A stretch of 64,000 nucleotides of DNA from an uncultured Desulfocapsa sp. Lineage in GTDB: Bacteria > Desulfobacterota > Desulfobulbia > Desulfobulbales > Desulfocapsaceae. Location: NCBI GenBank assembly GCA_964621915.1, contig CAZUPS010000009.1, positions 14,200 through 78,199 of the forward strand. The letters run 5' to 3'. The position numbers and the translations under genes are program-made. Shown piece after piece: positions 19,277-28,583 of this stretch (position 1 is its first letter; each line of letters starts with the position of its first letter). The notes under the pieces were generated by a model. It ran no database searches, had not been told where the DNA came from, and saw nothing but the letters and a program-made list of their open reading frames with translations.

Positions 19277-20323
19277 TTACAAGTCGCCGAGCAGTGTATA
19301 GATCAACTGCCTGCCTTTGCCCTTCATCTCGACATGTTGCCCATTCGTAAAGAGAAATGTATCTTTCAAAAACTCGTAACTTGCACTTGAGACATTGATC
19401 TCCATGGGCTGAGCCGATTTCTCCATTCGAGCGGAAATATTTACGGTGTCACCAAAGATATCATATAAATATTTTTCAGTTCCGACAACGCCACCAACCA
19501 CCGGGCCGCTGTTTATGCCAATACGAATACGCCAGAGAAGTTCAGATTTCAGGTTGCGATCATTTAAAAACTCTATCATGGCAAGCGCCACCCGGCTAAC
19601 ATTGACAGCATGATCAGGATTTGGAGTGGGAACACCGCTGACAAAAAGATACGCATCTCCAATGGTTTTCATCCGTTCACAGTTATGTGCCTGGGTAATT
19701 TCATCAAAAGCTGTAAAAATATCATTTAACTCATGAATAATCACCTCAGGGGCTAGCTTGGATGAGGCGGATGTGAAATCCACAATATCGGCAAAACAAA
19801 CCGTCGCTTCAGGAAAGAGTTGTGGAGCACAACTCCCGGTGGCCAGTAACTCCTGTACAATGGGCTCTGGGAGGACATGACACAGTAAACGTTCTGACTT
19901 TTGCTTTTCTGCAACCAGCTGCTGGTTCTTCTCCTCAAGTTTATACTGGAGTTGATGAATTCGGAGATGAGTACGAGCCCTCAGCAAGACTTCCGAAGGC
20001 TGAAAAGGTTTTGTAATATAATCAATTCCCCCTGCCTCAAAACCTTCGATTTTGTCTTTTGGAGAATCAAGAGTGCTAATAAAGATAACTGGAATATCCT
20101 TAGTACGACTATCATTTTTCAGTTGCCTACAGACAGCATAGCCATCAATCCCAGGTAACAGAATGTCGAGCAAAATCAAATCCGGTAACGCTTCCTGGAC
20201 TTTTTCAAGAGCAATCTCACCAGAATAAGCTGCCACAACAGTGTAATCCTGCTTTGTAAGAAGCCGGACTAAAAGTTTCTGAAAAACAGGAGAATCCTCT
20301 ACGACCAATATAGTTTGCGACAT
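19277..20323 (-). CDS. Response regulator with class III adenylate/guanylate cyclase output
   Basis: 348-aa ORF with an N-terminal REC domain (ILVVEDS ... DLILLDILLPGIDG ... KP), a coiled linker, and a CHD cyclase domain (FADIVDFT, KTIGDAYLFVSG, DIFGDTVNISARME). Confidence 0.88.
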   Translation of the reverse strand: MSQTILVVEDSPVFQKLLVRLLTKQDYTVVAAYSGEIALEKVQEALPDLILLDILLPGIDGYAVCRQLKNDSRTKDIPVIFISTLDSPKDKIEGFEAGGIDYITKPFQPSEVLLRARTHLRIHQLQYKLEEKNQQLVAEKQKSERLLCHVLPEPIVQELLATGSCAPQLFPEATVCFADIVDFTSASSKLAPEVIIHELNDIFTAFDEITQAHNCERMKTIGDAYLFVSGVPTPNPDHAVNVSRVALAMIEFLNDRNLKSELLWRIRIGINSGPVVGGVVGTEKYLYDIFGDTVNISARMEKSAQPMEINVSSASYEFLKDTFLFTNGQHVEMKGKGRQLIYTLLGDL

Positions 20324-20684
20324 AAAGCTACTTTTTTAATAATTAGTATTAACGTAAAAGCCATCCCATCACGACATGTCATCGGACATAAAAACATATT
20401 ACCGTTAGCATTAACCCTATCAAGGAAATACAATAAATACTACCATTAGCAGAGTAGCCGTTTATCCTTTTACCATGACCACTGAAACCAGAGAAAAAAG
20501 TACTGCAGCAAAAATGAGCAAAGCACCCGAGATTATTTAGACCTTGCTAAAAACACAAATGATGATATGCCATTATTCATCCTTAAAAAAAATGACCTTG
20601 GCGCAAAAGTAAAATTAATGCTTTAATAGAAAAGCAATATGAGTTTGTCAGGAATTGTTACTTAATCAGGAAATATCTAAACCA

Positions 20685-22379
20685 ATGAAACTGCTCCTGC
20701 TTCAAATCCTCTTTTTTGTTAAAAACGAAAAAGCTAAGAAGAACGTGTTTCTTCTGGCCCGTTTTCTTTTTTTCCTCGTTTTTATAATCTGTCTCTACAG
20801 TGTTGCCTTCCACCTTATCATGGTTCACGAAGGTAAAAATTTCAGCTGGATTACAGGATTTTACTGGACCCTTACAGTCATGTCCACCCTCGGGTTTGGT
20901 GATATCACCTTTTCAACCGACCTTGGATTGGTCTTTACCCTACTTGTCCTGATATCAGGGGTAATTCTCCTCCTGATCATGTTGCCATTTACCTTTATTC
21001 AATTTTTCTGGGCTCCCTGGCTCGAAGCTCAAAATGAGACACGAATCCCCCGTTCTCTTCCAAAAGAAACAAAAGATCATGTTATCATACCCACCTATGA
21101 TGCCCTAACCAGAAACCTTGTGGAAAAACTTAAAAAACACCTTTATGACTACTACTTTGTCTGCAGCGACCAGCAGACAGCCCATGAGATACAGGACAAT
21201 GGCTACAATGTTATCTTTGGTGAAATTGACGACCCTGAAACCTACAAAAAAATAAACGCCGATGAGGCAGCTCTGCTCGTAACCACTGCAGATGACCTGC
21301 TGAATACCAATATCTCATTTACGGTGAGAGAAATCAGCGCCAGAGTTCCCATAGCCTGCAGCGCCGACAAAAAGCATTCTCTTGATATCCTTAACTTTTC
21401 CGAAAATACTCATGTTTTTCAATTTATGAGTATGCTTGGGATCAATATGGCAGAAAAGACAATACCTGTTACCACTACCCATATTATCGGTCGTTTTGAG
21501 GGGTTACGTGTTGGAGAAATCCCTGTTCGTGACACGGCACTCGTTGGTAAAACTCTTGCTGAATCAAGGCTCAGAAACACTCTTGGAATAACAGTAATCG
21601 GCATACTGGAAAAAGGAAAAATCCTTCAGCCTGAACCGCAGACAGAACTCTCTATAACAAATATCCTTATACTTGCCGGAAAACGGCAGGAGCTGGAATA
21701 TGCGGGGGAGCATCTCGTCCAACCGCCTTCGCTACCGCTCCCTGAACCAACCGTCCTTATCCTTGGCGGTGGCAGAGTCGGCGAAGCAGCTGCCCGATAT
21801 TTACAAAAAAACAACATCCCCTATATGATCATTGAAAAACGTCAAAATGTCGGCACAGATCACACTCATCATATTCATGGAGACGCGGCTGATATCAAAA
21901 CTCTGAAGGAAGCCGGGATCGACAAGGCAACCTCTGTCATAATCACCACCCACAATGATGCCATGAATATCTATCTTGCTTTTTACTGCCGTCAACTGCG
22001 ACCAGACATCCAGATTATCAGCAGAGCAAAAGAAGAACGAACGGTATCCAAACTCCATAGAGCAGGTGCTGACCTGGTTGATTCGTCAGCATCCATGGGG
22101 GCCACAGCGATTATGAACATTCTGCATCCCTCCGACACTTCAATTTTCTCAGATGCACTGAATGTGTTCTTAGTACCCACCCCCGAAGCCTTTATCGGGA
22201 AGACATTAACTGAACTGCAAATGCGGGAAAAAACAAACTGCAGTCTTCTGGCAATGAAAAATGAAGGTGAATTTCTTACAAATCCAGACCCTACCACAAT
22301 TTTTAACGACAGCCATGAACTGATTCTTGCGGGGTCAGTGGAAGCAGAGGAACAATTTCGACAGGAATACCTGGAATAA
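20685..22379 (+). CDS. 2-TM potassium channel with two RCK/TrkA modules
   Basis: The ATG is at 20685, and the ORF is open from a TTG at 20655. It has two TM helices flanking a pore helix and the selectivity filter TVMSTLGFGD. The cytoplasmic part has a degenerate first RCK domain and a second with the Rossmann motif ILGGGRVGEAAA, plus TrkA_C-like segments. Confidence 0.85.
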   Translation: MKLLLLQILFFVKNEKAKKNVFLLARFLFFLVFIICLYSVAFHLIMVHEGKNFSWITGFYWTLTVMSTLGFGDITFSTDLGLVFTLLVLISGVILLLIMLPFTFIQFFWAPWLEAQNETRIPRSLPKETKDHVIIPTYDALTRNLVEKLKKHLYDYYFVCSDQQTAHEIQDNGYNVIFGEIDDPETYKKINADEAALLVTTADDLLNTNISFTVREISARVPIACSADKKHSLDILNFSENTHVFQFMSMLGINMAEKTIPVTTTHIIGRFEGLRVGEIPVRDTALVGKTLAESRLRNTLGITVIGILEKGKILQPEPQTELSITNILILAGKRQELEYAGEHLVQPPSLPLPEPTVLILGGGRVGEAAARYLQKNNIPYMIIEKRQNVGTDHTHHIHGDAADIKTLKEAGIDKATSVIITTHNDAMNIYLAFYCRQLRPDIQIISRAKEERTVSKLHRAGADLVDSSASMGATAIMNILHPSDTSIFSDALNVFLVPTPEAFIGKTLTELQMREKTNCSLLAMKNEGEFLTNPDPTTIFNDSHELILAGSVEAEEQFRQEYLE

Positions 22380-22414
22380 TGCTGCAGCTGAGGTAATCGG
22401 CTGAAAAAAAATCA

Positions 22415-23359
22415 ATGACAACAGACGAAGAAGAAAAAAAAGAATTAACACTTCATAGTATAAAGAAGAAGCTCGCACTTTATTTCCCTGAAGATGCCTA
22501 TTCGTTTACAAAACAAGCGATTGAGGATGGAATAAGCGCTGGAGAGTTTATGGCCAACCCACTCGACATTCTCCCCTATATTCAAACTGCGTTTTTTGAT
22601 AACAAAATTCTTGAAGTAGAACTCGATGGCATGACCAGAATCTATTTCAGCAAGGTTCACGATGATATACCAGATCCTGAAGAAGTGGAAAATGAAGATG
22701 GTGAAATGGAACTGCAGCAGCCGGAATATTCAACCGGTGACTATTTAAAATTAATGAATCATCTTATTTGTCTGCCACTCGAGCCTGGGATGGGTAATCT
22801 CCATATACGCAATTCTCAAAGAGTAATGATTCGTTTCTTTACCTCCACCAGTGCCATTGAACTTGGAACATTCTTTCAGGATTTAGCACTGGTCCAGGAT
22901 CTTCCCGTTCTCCGCCTCTCCTTCCCTGTTATCGGAAGACAGGTCCGGGGAGCGAGAAGCTTTCGAGCCAAAGTTCCTGCAACAATGAATTTCACATTGC
23001 TTATAAAAGGGAAGAGAAGAGTCCGTTCGGACATCAAGACAACCCCCCTTGATATCAGCAGCGAGGGGATGTCATTTGAGGTTCAGAAAGAAGAACAAGG
23101 CTTATTTAAAGAAGATGAGCTGTGTAATATCCGTTTTTTCCTCGATGGCGACATGCATGTAAAGGTGGATGGAACCGTTCGCCATATTTCCAAGGTTCGA
23201 AATAAAAAAGGAATCCAGTATTGCTGTGGAGTACAATTTGATCTTAGCACCCGGTCACTCGCAGCTTCCATAGAAGCGATAGTGGCAGCGGTACAGCGTG
23301 CTCATTTAAAAGAACTCTCAGACAAATCAGAAGAAAGCGGTATAACTCTGATTCGCTAG
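22415..23359 (+). CDS. PilZ-like domain protein (YcgR-like two-domain layout)
   Basis: 314-aa ORF lying 35 bp after the K+ channel gene. The C-terminal half has the PilZ D-x-S-x-x-G motif (DISSEG) preceded by an Arg-rich stretch (RQVRGARSFR) that lacks a strict RxxxR spacing. Confidence 0.65.
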   Translation: MTTDEEEKKELTLHSIKKKLALYFPEDAYSFTKQAIEDGISAGEFMANPLDILPYIQTAFFDNKILEVELDGMTRIYFSKVHDDIPDPEEVENEDGEMELQQPEYSTGDYLKLMNHLICLPLEPGMGNLHIRNSQRVMIRFFTSTSAIELGTFFQDLALVQDLPVLRLSFPVIGRQVRGARSFRAKVPATMNFTLLIKGKRRVRSDIKTTPLDISSEGMSFEVQKEEQGLFKEDELCNIRFFLDGDMHVKVDGTVRHISKVRNKKGIQYCCGVQFDLSTRSLAASIEAIVAAVQRAHLKELSDKSEESGITLIR

Positions 23360-23371
23360 GAGCTTGTCCAC

Positions 23372-24007
23372 CTAGGGAGCCAACCGCTCCACATCCCATC
23401 CGCCATCGGTGCGCACATAGAGAAAACGGTCATGGAGACGATTTTCCCGGCCCTGCCAGAATTCAATGGATGATGGAACAACCCGGTAGCCTCCCCAAAA
23501 TGACGGTAGAGGAACTTCACCCCGGGAGAATTTGTTTTTCATCTCAGCAAACTTCTGCATAAGAAGCTTGCGGGATGAAATAACACTACTCTGATTGGAA
23601 ACCCAGGCCGCAATCTGTGAATCACGTGGCCTGCTTATAAAGTATCTGGTTGATTCAGCAGCTGTTATAGGAGCCGCTGTGCCACTAATACTTATCTGTC
23701 GCTCCAGTTCAAGCCAGACAAAATGAAGATTCACCCTTGGGTTTCTTTCAATTTCCTGTGCCTTACGACTCTCTTTATTGGTAAAAAAAACAAATCCGTC
23801 TTCATCATAATATTTTAATAAAACGGTACGTTGACTCGGCTGCCCCTCACTACTTACCGTCGACAGGATCATCGCATTAGGATCGGGAATATCTGTATCT
23901 TTTGCTTGATTAAACCAGAGATCAAACTGCTCTACGGGTCCTGCAAGTAAGTCACTCTGTTCCAGGCCACCCTTTAAATATTCATGACGAAAGTTACTGA
24001 TATCCAC
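23372..24007 (-). CDS. pdxH: Pyridoxamine 5-prime-phosphate oxidase
   Basis: 211-aa ORF that appears collinear with E. coli PdxH (RTVLLKYYDEDGFVFFTN, RPRDSQIAAWVSNQSS, PLPSFWGGYRV, IEFWQGRENRLHDRFLY). Confidence 0.92.
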   Translation of the reverse strand: MDISNFRHEYLKGGLEQSDLLAGPVEQFDLWFNQAKDTDIPDPNAMILSTVSSEGQPSQRTVLLKYYDEDGFVFFTNKESRKAQEIERNPRVNLHFVWLELERQISISGTAAPITAAESTRYFISRPRDSQIAAWVSNQSSVISSRKLLMQKFAEMKNKFSRGEVPLPSFWGGYRVVPSSIEFWQGRENRLHDRFLYVRTDGGWDVERLAP

Positions 24008-24012
24008 GTTCT

Positions 24013-24546
24013 TTATCCCTTATTACCGTATCGTTCAAAGCTCACCCGATCTCTTAAAAGTGAAGCATCGGGGTGCCCAACACTCTCCTGCTCAGGATAT
24101 CCGATGGCAATAATTGCCTGAACCACCATCCCATCCTGTAGCCCCAGAGTCTCTGTCACATAGTTTTCTGCACTTCTTTGTGCATCATGATCACGGAGAC
24201 GGATCTGTACCCAGCAGCTGCCAAGTCCCAGGTCCGTAGCCTCAAGATGCAGCAGCATGGATGCGATGGAACAATCTTCAATCCAGACATCACACTTCTC
24301 GGGATCGGCACAAACAGCTATGGCTAAAGGGGCATTTTTGATAAACGTTGCTCCATGCGGCTTTGCCATAGACAGGGCCTCAAGAGTTTTTGTGTCTTGT
24401 ACCACTACAAATTCCCAGGGATACAAACTTCTTGATGACGGAGCACGCAACATGGCCTCGATCAGCAGATCAATTTTTTCCTGCTCAACACTCCTGTCTT
24501 GAAACCGACGTACAGACCTTCGCTCTCTCAATAATTCAATAAACAT
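24013..24546 (-). CDS. Nitroreductase-family flavoprotein
   Basis: 177-aa ORF with the N-terminal RRSVRRFQDRSV and APSSRSLYPWEFVVV motifs typical of the NADH/FMN nitroreductase fold. Confidence 0.82.
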   Translation of the reverse strand: MFIELLRERRSVRRFQDRSVEQEKIDLLIEAMLRAPSSRSLYPWEFVVVQDTKTLEALSMAKPHGATFIKNAPLAIAVCADPEKCDVWIEDCSIASMLLHLEATDLGLGSCWVQIRLRDHDAQRSAENYVTETLGLQDGMVVQAIIAIGYPEQESVGHPDASLLRDRVSFERYGNKG

Positions 24547-24553
24547 AGATCCC

Positions 24554-25252
24554 TCAATTAGAATTATTTAACAACTTGTCAATGGCGCGCCACTCTGGAA
24601 GCAACCGATCCATATGAGCATAAAATTTCGCGTTATGGTCGCGCTCAAGTAAATGCACCAACTCATGAACTACAATCAACTCAAGACATTCACCAGGCTT
24701 CTTGGCAAGTTCCAGATTGAACCAGAGGCGACGGGCAATAATATTACACGTCCCCCAACGAGTTTTCATCTTCTTTATTCGAAATTCTTTTATCCGTTGC
24801 CCAACTATTGGCTCCCAGATTGCAAGTAGTGCAGGAATACGATTCTTTAGTTCTTTTCGGTACCAATTATCAATCTGACGCAATCGTATCTCAGCTGTAG
24901 CCCCTGAACGAACATGGAGGGTAATTCCAGCAAGAGGATTAAAATTAACATTATGACGAGGACTATCATCAACAACTGTCAAAGAATATTTCTTTCCAAA
25001 AAACGAGTGGCTTTCACCGCTAACCGCTTGATGGACCAACAACGGAGGACGGGACAAAAAGTGCTCACGCTGCGCCTGAATCCAGGCCAGACGATTCACA
25101 ACTGCCTGACGCACACGTTTTCCAGAAGTCCAGCGAGGCACGGAGATTCGCACTCGGCCATCGGGAGCATATACTGTTAAGTTGAAATTTTTAACGGATT
25201 TCCGCCAAACCTCAACCGGGATATCACCAATCACAATATGCTCTTTTTTCAA
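24554..25252 (-). CDS. YgjP-like M48-family metallohydrolase (DUF45)
   Basis: 232-aa ORF with a C-terminal HELVHLLERDHNAKF zinc motif and WGTCN upstream, as in the YgjP/DUF45 family. Confidence 0.82.
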   Translation of the reverse strand: MKKEHIVIGDIPVEVWRKSVKNFNLTVYAPDGRVRISVPRWTSGKRVRQAVVNRLAWIQAQREHFLSRPPLLVHQAVSGESHSFFGKKYSLTVVDDSPRHNVNFNPLAGITLHVRSGATAEIRLRQIDNWYRKELKNRIPALLAIWEPIVGQRIKEFRIKKMKTRWGTCNIIARRLWFNLELAKKPGECLELIVVHELVHLLERDHNAKFYAHMDRLLPEWRAIDKLLNNSN

Positions 25253-25663
25253 CGTTTTTTTCCGTCTTTATGAATTTCTTACTTTCTAACTGAAAATTCC
25301 CAAACTCGGATATTACCTTAGCATATTTTGTTCTTTGCGCAAGATACGGAAAATGACTCCGATGCTGCACAATGCCTCAATTGCTGCATCGTCACACTTT
25401 CTATCTATTAAGAGGTTCCGTTTCTTTTACCTACCCCCCTTAGCCTCACATCTAAAATGTTTTTTAAGTATAATTACTACATATCAAAGTTTGTGTTTTA
25501 AGTTACAGAAGATCAGGTGTAAAGTGCCAAAACCAGTAAGGATTTAAAAATTCTAAACCATTTCAACATTTCAGAGCCTATTCCCCAAAGAGATGTGGAG
25601 CTTGGTTACCACATTTGACACAACGTTTAATAATTTCATAGAACTATGAGATAACAAAATAGT

Positions 25664-26599
25664 ATGATTAAACTTATTTCACTCGGAATTTTATCCGGCG
25701 CCTTCTTTAGTTCCACTTTCATACTTAATGAAGCTATGAGCCTAGAGGGTGGTCATTGGGTCTGGTCCGCCTCTCTGCGATATGCTTTCATGTTGTTATT
25801 TCTAGTGATTATTGTCTTGTTTAGCGGTGGCCGAAAACAACTTTGGGATGTGGCTGAATTATTTTATTCTCATTGGCAATTTTGGATTCTTGCCGGAAGT
25901 ATTGGATTCGGAGGGTTTTATTCTCTTCTCTGCTTCAGTGCGGACTTTTCACCAGGTTGGGTAATTGCTGCTACCTGGCAATTTACGGTCGTTGCCAGTC
26001 TTTTCATACTTATACTATTCGGTCGTAAATTTCCAAAACGCGTCTGGCTGTTTTCATCGCTCATTTTTCTAGGCGTGATTCTGGTGAATTTATCTCATAT
26101 TGAAGACTTTGACCCGAAGGTTTTCCTGCTAGGTGGAATCCCAGTGCTGATCGCAGCGTTCTGCTATCCATTTGGCAATCAACTTGTTTGGGAGGCAAAA
26201 AATGCAACGAATAAAAAGATTCCCCATATTACCTCACCTCTGCTGAACAATGTTTTTAATAAAGTCCTGTTGCTGACAGTAGGTTCCATCCCTCTGTGGA
26301 TTGTTCTTGTCTTGATTACCCATCCACCAGCACCGAGCATATCTCAAACCATAAATACCTCATTGGTCGCTTTACTGTCGGGCATCTTTGCCACCAGCAT
26401 ATTTCTTTTTGCACGCAATTTAGCATCAAACTCAAATGAACTGGCTGGTGTCGATGCCACTCAAGCGAGTGAAGTGATATTTGCCCTGCTTGGAGGTATC
26501 ATATTCCTTGATGGTAAGACTCCAAATAATACTTCAATCATAGGACTGGCATTGATACTGGTTGGATTAGTTTTTTTTATCACGTTTCAGAAAGGATAA
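25664..26599 (+). CDS. DMT-superfamily-like 10-TM membrane transporter
   Basis: 311-aa ORF with about 10 hydrophobic helices in a two-repeat layout. It resembles the multidrug-efflux-type DMT family. No soluble domain was seen. Confidence 0.6.
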   Translation: MIKLISLGILSGAFFSSTFILNEAMSLEGGHWVWSASLRYAFMLLFLVIIVLFSGGRKQLWDVAELFYSHWQFWILAGSIGFGGFYSLLCFSADFSPGWVIAATWQFTVVASLFILILFGRKFPKRVWLFSSLIFLGVILVNLSHIEDFDPKVFLLGGIPVLIAAFCYPFGNQLVWEAKNATNKKIPHITSPLLNNVFNKVLLLTVGSIPLWIVLVLITHPPAPSISQTINTSLVALLSGIFATSIFLFARNLASNSNELAGVDATQASEVIFALLGGIIFLDGKTPNNTSIIGLALILVGLVFFITFQKG

Positions 26600-26691
26600 G
26601 GCACCTTTCTTCTTAAATTCTCAATCCTGCCACTGCCTCCCTACACGCAAACAATCTTGTATATATTCCCCCTTTCCGTTATAACAAAAGC

Positions 26692-27567
26692 ATGGAGAGA
26701 AACGTACAATACCCTCAAGACTCAAAGACACCTGCAGTATCTGTACGGGGAATAAAAAAAACACACTCCCCTGCCTGCATGCTTCTCTTATTCCTGTTTC
26801 TTTCCCTCTCCCCATCGCTCTTTGTCTCTTCCGCACTGGCTATGGAAAAAGTTGCATTTTTTTATTTTAATCCCGATTCCGTCCAGTCCAACTTCTCTCT
26901 GCTCACAAAAGAGATCGATACCTTCCTCACCAAACAGGGTTACCAGGTCCAGTTTCAGGCCTTCTCCCATCAATCCGACTTTGATCTCCTGCTCTCTTCA
27001 CATCCACCGAGTTTTGTGCTTGTGCCTGCCTGGTACTATGAACAGTACGGCCAGACCATGGGGCTTACCCCTCTGTTGATCCCCCTTAACCAGAGTAAAC
27101 CGAGCTACACCAAGGTGCTGCTCAAACGTTCCGGTGAAGATGGCAATACTACTCTCTCGGGCAAGACTCTGGCTGTTACTTCCATGGGGCCGGATACCGA
27201 AAAACAGTTGGCATTTTTTTTCAACAATGGGCGACACTTTGATTTTGCTGGCAGCCATCTTATCATCACCCCCAAAGATGCCGATGCTCTCTATGCCCTG
27301 GCTCTGGGACAGGTTGATATGGCAGTGGTTGGGAAGAATACCATGGATGTGGTGAGGGCTGTCAACAGCAGAATAGTGGATGTGGTGGCAGAGGTGGCTC
27401 CGTCCCACCCGGTTCCCATGCCCATTCTCTGTGTGCTGGATGGGGAAATGAGCCGGGAAGAAATCTCACAGCTTAAACAGATCTTCTTTTCCACCGGCCA
27501 CGGACATCCCCTGCCGGAATTTATGAAAATGTTGCAGTTTAACGGGTGGCAGAATGCGATGCTCTAA
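26692..27567 (+). CDS. PhnD-like (type 2) periplasmic substrate-binding protein
   Basis: 291-aa ORF. An alternative start at 26779 gives a clean signal peptide MLLLFLFLSLSPSLFVSSALA. The mature part resembles PhnD/phosphonate-type binding proteins (LAVTSMGPDTEKQ, PKDADALYALALGQVDMAVV). It overlaps the next gene by 14 bp. Confidence 0.65.
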   Translation: MERNVQYPQDSKTPAVSVRGIKKTHSPACMLLLFLFLSLSPSLFVSSALAMEKVAFFYFNPDSVQSNFSLLTKEIDTFLTKQGYQVQFQAFSHQSDFDLLLSSHPPSFVLVPAWYYEQYGQTMGLTPLLIPLNQSKPSYTKVLLKRSGEDGNTTLSGKTLAVTSMGPDTEKQLAFFFNNGRHFDFAGSHLIITPKDADALYALALGQVDMAVVGKNTMDVVRAVNSRIVDVVAEVAPSHPVPMPILCVLDGEMSREEISQLKQIFFSTGHGHPLPEFMKMLQFNGWQNAML

Positions 27568-28486
27568 GATAACTAATATCTTACTGCTTCTCTGCCTGCT
27601 GCTGCCCTCAGCTGCATGGGCGGAAGGCTGGGTAGCTATCCTGCTCAGTGACACCGAAGCGATCTATCATAAACCGATACAGAGCTTCCGGGCAGCCATG
27701 CCTCTGGAGACCCGCGAGTTTAACCTCCATGATAATATCCGCCGCGCCCCGCAGCTGAAAAAGGAGATTTTTACAGATCCTCCGAGTCTGATTTTTGCGC
27801 TTGGCGCTAAGGCCGCCTTTGCCGCTAAGCTCTGGACAAAAAACCACCAAGATATCCCTGTGCTTTTTGCCATGGTCCTCAATTACCAGAAATATCATCT
27901 GCTCGACGGGCAATCCAATATCACCGGTATCAGCTCAGAGGTCAATCCTGGTAACCAGTTTCTGAACCTGACCCTCTTTGCCCCTAAGATCCGTCGTATT
28001 GGGGTAATATACAGTAAAGAGTATTCCAGTGAACTGGTGGCAGAAGCCAAAAAAGCAACCGAGATGCTCGGTCTTGAACTTATTGAAATCCCTATCACAG
28101 CCAAAGAGTCATTTCGGCAAAGCTACAAAGAGCTCTCTGCTAACGTGGATGGCATCTGGGTGCTCAACGATGCGCTAACCTATACCCTTGATAATATGGA
28201 CTGGCTTCAGGAGCGCTGTATCCAGGATCAATTGGTCTGCATCGGTCAAAGCGGTAATCTGGCCCAGGTTGGTATATTGCTCTCCGTTCGGCCCGATAGT
28301 GCCGGCATCGGCGTACAGGCTGCCTCGATGAGTAAAAACATCCTTGACCACAAACAGTCCCCAGCCAGCATCGGGGTTATGGACCCCCTGGGTACCGATA
28401 TCAGCCTCAACCGCCGCACTGCCAGACGTATTGGCCTCAGCCTGAACCCACAGGCCCTGAATATGGCCACCACCATCATCGAATAA
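27554..28486 (+). CDS. ABC_sub_bind-family periplasmic binding protein
   Basis: 310-aa ORF with a signal peptide (LLPSAAWA). The mature N-terminus, WVAILLSDTEAIYHKPIQSFRAAM, and the overall layout match the PF04392-type binding proteins often found next to signalling genes. Confidence 0.75.
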   Translation: MRCSKITNILLLLCLLLPSAAWAEGWVAILLSDTEAIYHKPIQSFRAAMPLETREFNLHDNIRRAPQLKKEIFTDPPSLIFALGAKAAFAAKLWTKNHQDIPVLFAMVLNYQKYHLLDGQSNITGISSEVNPGNQFLNLTLFAPKIRRIGVIYSKEYSSELVAEAKKATEMLGLELIEIPITAKESFRQSYKELSANVDGIWVLNDALTYTLDNMDWLQERCIQDQLVCIGQSGNLAQVGILLSVRPDSAGIGVQAASMSKNILDHKQSPASIGVMDPLGTDISLNRRTARRIGLSLNPQALNMATTIIE

Positions 28487-28583
28487 GTTTTTTCCTTGCC
28501 TTTCCTCCTCCCAAGACCATACAATGACTCTATGGTTACCCTGTGGCACCTCCAATCCAACCATTGCATCAAGAGAGGAAAAA

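Noticed and set aside
28487-28583. A possible cobalamin or other riboswitch upstream of the TonB-dependent receptor and near hgcA
   Set aside because: The leader is only 97 nt, and I found no B12-box-like or other conserved riboswitch core. The hgcA upstream gap is only 35 bp.
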